This document shows positions 38,901 through 47,514 of a DNA stretch of 64,000 bases, piece by piece. The position numbers and the translations under genes were made by a program. The notes under the pieces are model-generated. The model had not been told where the DNA came from. It did no database searches and saw only the letters and a program-made list of their open reading frames with translations. Origin of the DNA: Myxococcota bacterium (GTDB lineage Bacteria; Myxococcota_A; Bradymonadia; UBA7976; UBA1532). The DNA lies in NCBI GenBank assembly GCA_036337435.1, contig JAYZEG010000041.1, forward strand, positions 64,001-128,000. The letters are read 5' to 3'. Position 1 is the stretch's first letter; each line of letters begins with the position of its first letter.

Positions 38901-39495
38901 TGGGTTCGGACCCCGGAGTGCCGAGTGGCGTCGAGCTTGTGCAGACGAGAAGTAATTTGACTTCTGGCTCAATTGCTAAAGCTTTTTCAAGGACGTCGAG
39001 TAGAGCCTGAGATGCTGCATCGATTCGATGGATGTCGTCGATGACCATAAGGATGGGATGGTGTCGGGCGACATCCATCAACAGGCCTGCATGAATTTCT
39101 GCACGAGATGGGGGCGGCGTTTGACTTGGGACCGACGGCAACGCCGACACATGGGTCGCAGCATGTAAAAAGTCGACGCCTGGCAAAAGCCACGGAATGG
39201 CAGCATCGTGATCGGCCCCATTCATACCCCACTCAATGACTCGGACACCTTCTGCTAAACGAGCGACCAGTTCTTCGAGTTCGCCGTGGTCCGATGGACG
39301 GACAAGTGTCCTGTCACCACAGCGAATTGAAACGATAGCAGCTTGGCCGTCCGCGGTTGATGCATCATCGATAAAGCGGGCCAGAAGATTCGATTTTCCA
39401 GTCCCTACGCCGCTTACGATATGAATTAAGCGACCTGAGCCTGATTGGGCGTCTAGCCAGGCTTGGCAGAGTTCCTCGAGACCAATTTCATTCAT
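35914..39495 (-). CDS. STAND/AAA_16-like ATPase with long helical (TPR-like) C-terminus
   Basis: Walker A-like SGVGTGKS, Walker B LMVIDDIH, GNPL motif, LQTAALVGQHF winged-helix region. Confidence 0.8.
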   Translation of the reverse strand: MNEIGLEELCQAWLDAQSGSGRLIHIVSGVGTGKSNLLARFIDDASTADGQAAIVSIRCGDRTLVRPSDHGELEELVARLAEGVRVIEWGMNGADHDAAIPWLLPGVDFLHAATHVSALPSVPSQTPPPSRAEIHAGLLMDVARHHPILMVIDDIHRIDAASQALLDVLEKALAIEPEVKLLLVCTSSTPLGTPGSEPNSRHKPQSAYTIGRLRDDDLAEILANGLSHRVKLSESTQVELADKVNGNPLVAHALVDYLNRIAILKRGPDGNTKLAAGLAGDVFDGLWSLALGDFPALRADVQADLQTAALVGQHFTTELMARIWSVPEAAAALRIELLTRTGLIRPEADGWAFLSEELAGQWTDLMDPSDRDELNVRIGTILRLDARMTGSLGDEQIAGVDVTETWSESRYKDRKRRATAESLWKTAGHFSAAGRHGDAAEAAVTYVESLFDLDGGPGLLYGQHGRQRDRERRHRIYAALTEADAQLNLAERFENSYALNDSLSDIRVRMLSVKSRFKAIMGDFAEARATADMALGLAVRMEQEAVRLEALRVYLEVCYASGDTNAARAALVRMLDALNLCSPALALPVYVWLSEAFAKWEWPGLHKRLFPFILDQAQSIGGFREGIQIRIEWLVALIQVGDQNAVDDMLKDAIAVGDKHQQLGFLAELMVKRATEIIEVRVDSHYNILSGEFYVPDLFGEGFGPSIQPLSEVLSESMQLLELAQELASNMGDSLVQLRVATSSLAVVIETRERLTDLLERWMPIQVDQQPVRLTELTEFLSQGFFSVQHMEHLSERIIILADELKLHQILADTAHEALDRELPSAMARSGTLFTLAKESYEQVGDTYGLATLSLTEARYEARRGQDPMDYVEKGIRILKSSQDQWTVEQAAYLHLRFGEMLLEVDDRAGEAIEYLEGSMRLYERSGDMDHLHVVGSILHEVYRKQGDLGRYRAIRDRFRSLDQLSPGSDPLRLEMRIEHLLTMARQEANDERAIEMVEHCIHLFGRMPDGTTRIDECFVEISKICRRRADEAETENGFNAWLERSLESVRIAISINRGLNNYYRVFEELHELFDDLLGLNMYEEYLRVRAENREMAFSVGNIGELLYLFEEHLHFDADRENSAIRLPEVRSFYEALFRYLLGLGATADALSIQSAFVSFLIAIGEADLATRYQEQKLRYDEAETSDSEAPAT

Positions 39496-41846
39496 TTGTT
39501 GGGTCCTATAGAGCGCGCACAGCGAAACCCGAGATCACCGCGAGCCATGTTTTTTGTCAGATCATCTTTCCGCGTGACTCGGAGTCGATCGCTTGCTGAG
39601 ATCCAGCCGCCGCCGAAGGCATACATACCTCGAGTGGACTTCGACTGGGTCCATTCGCGGACATTGCCAGCGAGGTTAATTGCGCCGAATGGGCTGCTGA
39701 TATCGTCAAAGGCCTTTACTGGCGCAGCATATTTGAAGCCATCTGCCGAATTTGGTGCTTCCAATTCCCCTTTGAACTGACCCAAGTTAGCCCTTTTTAC
39801 AGATGGGTCACTTGGCGATTCATCGCCCCAAGGATAGATATTTGACCCCTTTGAACCGCGGGTCGCGTATTGCAACTCTTCGATGGTTGGAAGACGTTTT
39901 TTGACAAATGAGCAATAGCGCTTCGCGTTGATATAGCTTACCCCGGTTGCAGGGAAGTGGCTCACATCAAAAAAAGGGCGTCTTTGTTGACAAATGCCTG
40001 CTTTAACACAGTCTTCAAATCGCCCCTGCGCGACCTCATACTTATCCAGGAGGAAGCTGTCGAGCTGTAATTCATCGTCCCCGATCTCTTTCTTAATCGC
40101 CGAGCAATCTGCTCGCATTGCGGGTGTATTTCGATTCCTTTTACACATGCTTTCCAGGCGAGCGGCCTGCGCTGCATTGAGTCCGAGTCTGAGGACGCCT
40201 TTGCTGACAAAGACCATGTCTTGCGGGGCGTTCATAGTTGACTCAGCCGTCTGCCCATGAAGACCCTCCAGTGGCCTTGGTGATGCATCGATCGGTTGGC
40301 TTTGACGGCCTGCATCGTGCAATACGGCTGCATCGCGGACGCTTGCTGTCTTCGAGTGGCCATCGACGTGTTTCACCATGACACCGGAATCTGACGGGTC
40401 GGTGGCGGCACTTGAATTCTGTTTCGAGTGAGCCAGGCCATCCTTCTCCGGCGGCATTTTTGCGGCGGGCGGCGTTGGCCGTTTCTCGTTCTCGATGGGC
40501 GTCTCCGATGCGGTCTTGAAATCCGCCTTTGGTTGCTGATTTGCGATCTCAACGGCGGTGGTGCTCTCCCCATGAGATTGGGTAACAGGCTTGTCCATTG
40601 GTGCCGTGTTGGTCCTCAGGAACCAGGCACCCGCAAACCCACCGACCAGGACCAAGACGATGATGAAACCGAGTACGGGACCAAGTCCGATGCGCACATC
40701 CCTAGAGCCTAAATGAGACGGCCGACCCCGTCCAATTGGCATTGTAGAGATGGTTGTCTCAGCCTCGATGGGTTCAGCAGGAATTTCAGGCGGTGCCTCG
40801 GAAATCCCAAAGTCTTCTAGATCATATTTGAGGTGACTTTGCTCGAAGGAGTCCATGTTCCCGAGCAAGGCAGGCGATGGTGCATTGAGGGTCGAAATGG
40901 ACAGGTCGATCCGCATGCGCAAGTTATCTAGACTGCGGAGATTACTTTTACTTTGGGACAACTTGTCTTCGGCCAGTTCAATCTGTTCGTCGCGTTCGTA
41001 GAGCCAATCACGAATGAATCGTCTATGGGTTTCGAGCTCCCGAAGGCGGATCCTCTGCTGTTCGACTTCGTCAATGAAGGTTGACTCGGAATCGAAAATC
41101 TCTTGAGTTTCCCTAAATCTATGGGCCAAAGCCTGCTCAAGAATCGGGGCAAGGCGTTCAAGTCCCGTCCGTGCACTGTCAGGCCGAGGTGCGGCCAAAG
41201 CGGAGTCGATGAGCTCGTCCATAGTCGGCATGGCATCCACGACAGAGTCTTCGCTCGGTGTCAGGTTTGTATCGGCTGACCCAACAGCGGTCTTGCACTT
41301 GGTGAGTAGCATCTGAGTGAGGTCAGATAAGGCGTCGAGGTCAGACTGTATGATAGTCTCTGTGTCGGACGCGGGTGGCTGCCAGTTTGATAACCGTACA
41401 TCTGGATATCCGTCATCATTACGAGCGAGCCTAAATGTGGACGCTGAAACCTTACCGTGACCAATCCCTCTGCCGTGAGTTTGAGCGAGAATAACCCAGC
41501 ATTGCACCGCAATGCTGGTTATAACGAGCCGATGGTCCTCGGCGGACAGTTCATCGACAAGTTTGTCTAGCGGCTCGCCCTGTGTCGGTTGGAACAGAAC
41601 CCACGCCGGCTGCCCTTGGTTGCTCATGATGACCGGTGGCCAAGGATTATCGTCTTGTTCGACAATTGTCTGAATCCATTGTCGGTCGAGTGATTTGGGT
41701 GTATCGATCGTGACCAGTTCCCCAACGGCACCACTGGCTGGCATTCGCGCTTCGAAGCGACTAAAGCCTGTACCGCCGCTGATCCTTTTGATGCATTCCA
41801 AACCTTCAATGGCGGGAAATGTCTCTTTTTTTGGCCGCTTATTCAT
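39492..41846 (-). CDS. Pseudokinase - coiled coil - TM - FGE-sulfatase (SUMF1-like) domain protein
   Basis: Degenerate kinase (THGRGIGHGK, VRLSNW); TM VLGFIIVLVLVGGFAGAWFL; FGE motifs LDKYEV, KRLPTIEE, YPWG, NLAGNVREW, LGFRCA. Confidence 0.8.
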   Translation of the reverse strand: MNKRPKKETFPAIEGLECIKRISGGTGFSRFEARMPASGAVGELVTIDTPKSLDRQWIQTIVEQDDNPWPPVIMSNQGQPAWVLFQPTQGEPLDKLVDELSAEDHRLVITSIAVQCWVILAQTHGRGIGHGKVSASTFRLARNDDGYPDVRLSNWQPPASDTETIIQSDLDALSDLTQMLLTKCKTAVGSADTNLTPSEDSVVDAMPTMDELIDSALAAPRPDSARTGLERLAPILEQALAHRFRETQEIFDSESTFIDEVEQQRIRLRELETHRRFIRDWLYERDEQIELAEDKLSQSKSNLRSLDNLRMRIDLSISTLNAPSPALLGNMDSFEQSHLKYDLEDFGISEAPPEIPAEPIEAETTISTMPIGRGRPSHLGSRDVRIGLGPVLGFIIVLVLVGGFAGAWFLRTNTAPMDKPVTQSHGESTTAVEIANQQPKADFKTASETPIENEKRPTPPAAKMPPEKDGLAHSKQNSSAATDPSDSGVMVKHVDGHSKTASVRDAAVLHDAGRQSQPIDASPRPLEGLHGQTAESTMNAPQDMVFVSKGVLRLGLNAAQAARLESMCKRNRNTPAMRADCSAIKKEIGDDELQLDSFLLDKYEVAQGRFEDCVKAGICQQRRPFFDVSHFPATGVSYINAKRYCSFVKKRLPTIEELQYATRGSKGSNIYPWGDESPSDPSVKRANLGQFKGELEAPNSADGFKYAAPVKAFDDISSPFGAINLAGNVREWTQSKSTRGMYAFGGGWISASDRLRVTRKDDLTKNMARGDLGFRCARSIGPNK

Positions 41847-41952
41847 CGGGGCACCATATTCTAGCGTGCCTGCGTGTGCAAGCGCGCGCGTGAAGCGCTC
41901 GATGCGACCAGATGGTTAGATGCGATTCCTCGGTACGGTGTCACCAAGAAAC

Positions 41953-42588
41953 TCAAGATTCCTGGGCCGTCAAACGAGATTCCCATTGTTGTAGTTTCGC
42001 CTCCACTCGAATTGCTCGGCTAGCTGGCACCCGTCTACCGTTCTCTAGAATTTCCCGGGTAATCGTTTCGTCTATGTTGAGTGCTTCGCCGACCTCTGTG
42101 ATAGATAAACCAAGCGATAGACGAGCCCGATTGAGCCTCCCTCCAATCGCATCGTCTGCTGGCTTTGCCTTTGCTTTTACATGCCGCTTTTTCGACGGGC
42201 TCTCTTGACGGTCATCCGGTAATGCTGACGTTGTCCGTTCATCGGTTGGAGCCTCGATGACTGTCGCATATTGATCCGATACATCAGTCGCCGACAAAAC
42301 CTGAGGTGCCTCGTCATCCGCTGTCAATGTAGATGGAGTCGCATCGAGCACAGTCGATAATTTCTCGTCCTTTAACTGCTGTGGAATCGACTGAATCAGC
42401 TCGATGATCTCCGATTTGAAATCATCCATTCTCTGCATTAACGGGTCCTGTTTTTTTGTGACCTCTCCGATGCCAACGTGAATCAAATGTCTCATCACTT
42501 CAGCGCGTTTCTGACCCGTTTCTTTGGCTATCCGATTGAGCTGGTCGATAGTGCTCTCTGGTAGGCGAATGCTGATTTGTCCAGTCAT
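41953..42588 (-). CDS. Transcriptional regulator with N-terminal ribbon-helix-helix and C-terminal Xre-type HTH
   Basis: ISIRLPESTIDQLNRIAKETGQKRAEVMRHLI (CopG-like RHH); IGGRLNRARLSLGLSITEVGEALNI..TIREILENGRRVP (HTH_3); GGGAGA RBS. Confidence 0.8.
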   Translation of the reverse strand: MTGQISIRLPESTIDQLNRIAKETGQKRAEVMRHLIHVGIGEVTKKQDPLMQRMDDFKSEIIELIQSIPQQLKDEKLSTVLDATPSTLTADDEAPQVLSATDVSDQYATVIEAPTDERTTSALPDDRQESPSKKRHVKAKAKPADDAIGGRLNRARLSLGLSITEVGEALNIDETITREILENGRRVPASRAIRVEAKLQQWESRLTAQES

Positions 42589-42608
42589 GGTCTGTCTCCC
42601 CAAATAAT

Positions 42609-42811
42609 TGAAACCCATTTGGGATTCATTACGACGTATAACGCCACTTTAAAAGCAAAAAAGTCATTTGAATCCCGTGGCTCGAAGTGGAGATTTGTTG
42701 ACTGTTTGAGCGGTCTAAAACCCCAAAAAATGCGGTCTTAAAGTGGCTCTTTTATCATTTGTTATATTGAATCCCAATTGAAATTCAACTGTGAATCCCA
42801 ATTGGGATTCA
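42609..42811. promoter_or_regulatory. Array of 20-bp palindromic operator-like sites (consensus TGAATCCCAATTGGGATTCA)
   Basis: 42609-42628 TGAAACCCATTTGGGATTCA; 42768-42787 TGAATCCCAATTGAAATTCA; 42792-42811 perfect palindrome; half-sites TGAATCCC at 42669 and 42970. Confidence 0.8.
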
Positions 42812-43197
42812 AAGAAGATTTTCACATGTAATTCAGGAGGTTTAGCACTATTTCTTGCCGTCGGTTTGATGTTGTCGATCTGAGCCGATATGCGGCTGTT
42901 CGGTTGTTCGCAGCCTCGTGGACGGATCAGATTGTATAGGCCGAGGGATAGGATTAATGCTGGATGAAATGAATCCCTTGATGGCCAGTTTAGGCCGCCC
43001 GTTCTCCTTTGGCTGATGGTTTGAAACACGGTCATTTTGATGACCCCGAGAGAGTCGTTGAGGCAGGGCGTTGCGCCGGGACTGTCTACAGTAAAGTGAC
43101 CCTCGGCATCCCTGTTTTATGAAGCAACCTTTGGTGCGGAGTCGGCACGTGTAGACACGTCCCATGACTGGCTTTTCAAATTCTCAATGCATCTCGA

Positions 43198-44634
43198 TCA
43201 AAATAGAAATGCACCCCACGTCAGAGTCCACAAAGTGATGAGAAGTGCCGAGATGATATTAACGCCGAAACCCACCCGTGCCATATCCGGTAAGCGAATC
43301 ATGCCCGAGCCGTAAACGACAGCATTCGGAGGGGTCGCCACCGGTAACATGAAAGCGCACGACGCGGCTAAAGTTGCGGGCAGAAGCAGCATAAGGGGGC
43401 CCACATCAGTCGCTACAGCGAGTTCACAAATAATCGGCAAGAGGATTATGGAGGTTGCGGTATTTGATGTGACTTCTGTGAGAAAGGTCATAAAAAGGAC
43501 AACGGCCAAAACCATTAAGGGCAGTGGCCAGCCGCTCGTTGATGCCGCCAATAATGAGCCGAGCCATTGGGATAAGCCGGTGGCCTTAAAACCAGAAGCC
43601 AACGCAAAACCGCCCCCGAAAAGGATGAGTATTTGCCACGGTGTTTTGGCAGTTTCGGACCAGCTTAGTAACGCCTCGCGGTGCCCGGCCGAGGTTCGTG
43701 TGGGAACAATGTAGAGCAGAATCGTGATCCCAATCGCGACAGTCGCATCCGTGATACCCTTAGGGTCTAGGCCCAGTTTTAGGAGGATATATTTCCGAGA
43801 AATCCAAAGTGTCACGGCGGCAATAAAGATGACCGCAACACGTCGCTCTCCTTGCGACCAGCTCTGTTTTGGTCCGGTCAACGCACTTTGGGCTGGGTGA
43901 TTAACGGGGATCGGAGTCCGTTGGATCCGAAAAGCGAGCCTCGTGAGATAGTACCAAATAACGAGTATCAATAAGATTGAAAGCGGGGCTGCGAAACTCA
44001 TCCATTCACCGAAGCTCAGATCCGTCCCGTTTTTGGCGGCGACCTCACGAAAGACGCCGTTGGGGGCTGTTCCGAGGTAGGTGCCCATACCCCCGACGCT
44101 GGCTGCATAAGCTACCCCCAGCATCAGTGCTTTTTCAAATTCCTTCGATTCCATAGCGGATGCAACCGCTATGGCTACCGGCAAGAGCATCAGAGTTGTG
44201 GAGGTATTCAATAACCACATGGACAATAAGCCTGACGCCAGCATAAACCCGAGGATAAGGCGGTCGGCCCGGGTGCCGCATGTCCGAACCATAAACATCG
44301 CCAAGCGCCGATGTAGATTCCATCGTTCGACCGCAAATGCCAGTTGAAAACCGCCGAAAAACAACCAAATCAGGTCGTGTCCATAGTTGGGTGCAACCTC
44401 TTTCGCTGTGCCAATCCCGAACACGGGAAATAGTGCCAGTGGCAACAGCGCAGTCACCGCGACTGGCAGTGCTTCAGTCATCCACCAGATTGCCATTAAC
44501 ACCGTGATTGCCGCTAACCTGTGGGCCTCAGGCGTGAGTGAGTTACCAAGCGGTAGAAACCAGATTGCAGCGGCCATCATGGGACCGAGTAAAAGGCCTT
44601 TGTTCAGACTATTTGACTTGGGGGTGGCTTGCAT
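43198..44634 (-). CDS. DASS/SLC13 Na+/dicarboxylate (or sulfate) symporter
   Basis: WWMTEALP, SMWLLNTST, GTAPNG, TEVTSNTAT, AFMLPVATPPNA. Confidence 0.93.
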   Translation of the reverse strand: MQATPKSNSLNKGLLLGPMMAAAIWFLPLGNSLTPEAHRLAAITVLMAIWWMTEALPVAVTALLPLALFPVFGIGTAKEVAPNYGHDLIWLFFGGFQLAFAVERWNLHRRLAMFMVRTCGTRADRLILGFMLASGLLSMWLLNTSTTLMLLPVAIAVASAMESKEFEKALMLGVAYAASVGGMGTYLGTAPNGVFREVAAKNGTDLSFGEWMSFAAPLSILLILVIWYYLTRLAFRIQRTPIPVNHPAQSALTGPKQSWSQGERRVAVIFIAAVTLWISRKYILLKLGLDPKGITDATVAIGITILLYIVPTRTSAGHREALLSWSETAKTPWQILILFGGGFALASGFKATGLSQWLGSLLAASTSGWPLPLMVLAVVLFMTFLTEVTSNTATSIILLPIICELAVATDVGPLMLLLPATLAASCAFMLPVATPPNAVVYGSGMIRLPDMARVGFGVNIISALLITLWTLTWGAFLF

Positions 44635-44845
44635 TAGACCGTCGACTCTCCTGTGCACAAATTGGACCTCAAAAAGGCCCTGGGCGTCCAGCAAATTAGT
44701 CTCTGATGCAAGCAGACCATTGGCCAAACAGAAATATTTCTCAATAAACAGTTAAAATTGCCGATGTTTATGATGAAGCGGCGAACCAGTCACTTCCCGA
44801 CGGCCAAGGCGGGCCTTCGGACAAAGACCAGGGAGGTTGACACAG

Positions 44846-45223
44846 ATGTTGAAGGCGACAGGCCGTCTTTCACCCGACCAGATATTTCAAATCGGAAAAG
44901 ACGCCATTCATTTGATCCGGGACAAAAAGTCCAGTTCGGTCATCATTGCCGATTGTTTGGACCGCTCGCCTCAACTTGTAGAAGCCGTTCATGCATACGC
45001 TCAAGTGCAGTTTCGCGATCGGGGCCGCATCAGGGGCACCCGAGACGCAATCACACTCATTGGATTATCGGAACTGGAGCGATTGCTGCTCAGTCACTTG
45101 CGGCGTATTCAACGCAATGTTGGCGGCCGTAAAAGCCGATTTAATCATCGCATTGCAGCTTTGGACGTCGCACCACCTCACACACCCACCCCCATAAGAA
45201 CGAAGCGTTACGCCACTCAATAA
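44846..45223 (+). CDS. Small HDOD-like domain protein
   Basis: GGGAGG RBS; RSPQLVEAVHAYAQ...RIRGTRDAITLIGLSEL resembles the HDOD core (DPxL..LL..AN...I.....AI..LG). Confidence 0.6.
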   Translation: MLKATGRLSPDQIFQIGKDAIHLIRDKKSSSVIIADCLDRSPQLVEAVHAYAQVQFRDRGRIRGTRDAITLIGLSELERLLLSHLRRIQRNVGGRKSRFNHRIAALDVAPPHTPTPIRTKRYATQ

Positions 45224-45326
45224 TTTCGAATCAGGCTGCGGTTATTCTGTCCGAAACACGACAAAATGGCACCCAGCCCTCGGTCGATGTTACACTCAGC
45301 CCATCGGAAATCGTCCTGAGTAAGAC

Positions 45327-47513
45327 ATGCGATCGTTTATCACCATTTCTGTAGCTCTTTTGGTCGTGCTTCCAACGGCAGCATCATTGGCGCAAACCCA
45401 ATCTCAAGTGGAGCAGGCAAACAGCAATCCGTCTAAGAAAGGGGCGAGAAAAGCAGGGCCAGCCAAAGAGTCGACCAAAGCGACCACTCGGGCGCCGGCT
45501 GTGTCAAAAGTGGCAGAAACGCAAACAAGTGCACCCAAGTCAGACGCAGCCAAAGCGTCGAAACCGCCTCGCTCAAAACCAAACACAGGACGCGTACAAT
45601 CGAAGGCACAAAACACCGCCAACGAACCCGTGCCGATCCGTTCTCGGGCACCATCCTTAAACGGGTCGACAGGCCTCGACCGTCTTTGGGCCGCCGATAC
45701 AGGCCCACTTGAGACCATACGCATGCGTCTTGGTCTGGCGTTTTTCAACGCAGATAATTTTCCCTATCAAGGCGCAGGAAATGCGTTCGTCGGAAGCTAC
45801 TTTTCATTCGCCTACACGCCCCACAAGTTTGTCGAGGCCTTCACCTCGATCTCCGCCACCAGTAATAGCCATGACCAAGAACAACCGAGTCTTTTGCAGA
45901 CCCAAGGTGATCTGACCCTGGGCATAAAGTCAGTCTATCCGGTGAGCGACCTGGTTCGAGTGGGTGGTGCTCTTGCTGCTCGTTTTCTAAGCGGTGTGGG
46001 GTCTGCGGGCTTCGAACCATCGGCGACCAGTGTTGACTTGAGATTGTTATCTACTTTTGACTTTACAGAGGCAGAAAAAATACCGCTGAAAATTCACCTC
46101 GAACTGGGCAATTACTTTGAGAATTCTGAAGTTTTGACAGAGCATCTAGCCGGTGAGCCCAGCTTGGTCCAAGAGTATGGCCTTCAGGTGGCTCGATATG
46201 ACCGACTCACCTTTGGACTCGGTATTGAAAGTCCCTTCGATAGGTACTTCAACCCCTTCCTTGAATACCAAATTAGCAAACCGCATTTTGTCGAGTTAGC
46301 TCGGACCGGCCAGGGCAGTCATGAGTACACTTTTGACTCAATTCCGCACCATTTGACTCTGGGATTACGTGCTTTTCCCCTCGAGCATTTAGCGATCGAT
46401 ACAGCCGTTCGCATTGGCTTGGCAAACAAACCTCACACGGGGGTACCGGCAACGCCACCCTATATGGTCCTCCTCGGTGTCGCTTACACCCTCGATCCCA
46501 AGCCCAAAGTCATTACCAAAACAGTCGAGAAACAGGTTCCTGCACCCGTAGTTGCGAAGAAAACAGGTCTGTTTTCCGGTCGAGTGCTCGATGCTAAGTC
46601 TGGACAACCCGTTACAGATGCTCTCATCAGCTACTCATCGATGCCTGGGTTCTCACCGCAGACAAGCGCATCCGATGGCCGGTTTTCCGGCTATCGCTTC
46701 GATGCTGGTGTCGTGGAGTACAGCGTCACAGCGAAGGGCTATAAGCCAAAACAGGGTCGAAAAACAATGTCCGCAGGTCAGAATGCCAGTGTGGAGATTA
46801 AACTCGAAATCGACCCCGCACAGCAGGCTGGGGATATCGAGATTCGGATATTCGGGAGACGAGGAAAGCCTGTGGCGGCAAGCCTGAAGTTCGGTGGTAA
46901 GGCGATAGGACAGACAGGTCGGTTTAAGCCCGGTCAACCCTACAAGGCCAAACTCCCCGCTGGTCGACATCCGCTGACGGTAACGGCCAAGGGATATGAG
47001 GTGTACAAAACGGCTGTGCTGGTGCGGGGTGGCCAGACCACGCCGCTTCGTTTGAATTTACCCATCGGCCGACCAAAAACTGGCCCTGTATCCTCAGGGT
47101 CTCCACAAAAGCCAATCGGTCCCCCGAAAGCCAGCGCGGGTGGTCGCTTCGCAACGGTAACGGCGCGGTCAATTTCTCTACGCCGTCGAATTGATTTCAA
47201 ACCGGGTTCGAGTGAATTGACGCCGAACGCGCGCGCCGTGCTAAACGATGTCGCGCGGGGCATGAAACAGATCAAGACCATAAAACGTGTTCGTATCGCG
47301 GCTCATGTCAGCGGGACTGGTTCGAGAGATAAAGACAGCCGACTCAGCATTGCCAGGGCAAATCGAGTGAAGGGGTACCTCGTTTCTCGTGGGGTCGCCG
47401 CCGGGCGTTTGCAAGCACGCGGGTATGGCGGACTTAAGCCAATTCGGCCGAGTTTGACCAAGCGAGCGCGAGCTCAGAATGAGCGAGTCACATTCACTGT
47501 AATTCGGAAATAA
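45327..47513 (+). CDS. Outer-membrane protein: putative beta-barrel, two carboxypeptidase-regulatory/PEGA-like domains and OmpA C-terminal domain
   Basis: Signal peptide; amphipathic strands; GRVLDAKSGQPV..A; VTAKGY x2; IDFKPGSSEL...LSIARANRVKGYLVSRGV...RGYG...NERVTF. Confidence 0.85.
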   Translation: MRSFITISVALLVVLPTAASLAQTQSQVEQANSNPSKKGARKAGPAKESTKATTRAPAVSKVAETQTSAPKSDAAKASKPPRSKPNTGRVQSKAQNTANEPVPIRSRAPSLNGSTGLDRLWAADTGPLETIRMRLGLAFFNADNFPYQGAGNAFVGSYFSFAYTPHKFVEAFTSISATSNSHDQEQPSLLQTQGDLTLGIKSVYPVSDLVRVGGALAARFLSGVGSAGFEPSATSVDLRLLSTFDFTEAEKIPLKIHLELGNYFENSEVLTEHLAGEPSLVQEYGLQVARYDRLTFGLGIESPFDRYFNPFLEYQISKPHFVELARTGQGSHEYTFDSIPHHLTLGLRAFPLEHLAIDTAVRIGLANKPHTGVPATPPYMVLLGVAYTLDPKPKVITKTVEKQVPAPVVAKKTGLFSGRVLDAKSGQPVTDALISYSSMPGFSPQTSASDGRFSGYRFDAGVVEYSVTAKGYKPKQGRKTMSAGQNASVEIKLEIDPAQQAGDIEIRIFGRRGKPVAASLKFGGKAIGQTGRFKPGQPYKAKLPAGRHPLTVTAKGYEVYKTAVLVRGGQTTPLRLNLPIGRPKTGPVSSGSPQKPIGPPKASAGGRFATVTARSISLRRRIDFKPGSSELTPNARAVLNDVARGMKQIKTIKRVRIAAHVSGTGSRDKDSRLSIARANRVKGYLVSRGVAAGRLQARGYGGLKPIRPSLTKRARAQNERVTFTVIRK

Positions 47514-47514
47514 A

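Noticed and set aside
39492..39720. FGE/C-type-lectin C-terminus as a diversity-generating retroelement target
   Set aside because: No reverse transcriptase and no second (template) copy of this sequence seen in the window
42609..42811. Palindromic repeats as a mini-CRISPR array
   Set aside because: Only 20 bp, irregular spacing (4 bp and ~140 bp), no cas genes
42842..42868. CIRCE (HrcA) element
   Set aside because: TTAGCACT half only; no GAGTGCTAA after 9 nt, and no chaperone gene nearby
42715..43165. Two ~105-aa minus-strand ORFs in the intergenic region
   Set aside because: No RBS or recognisable motif, atypical composition, and one runs through the operator array
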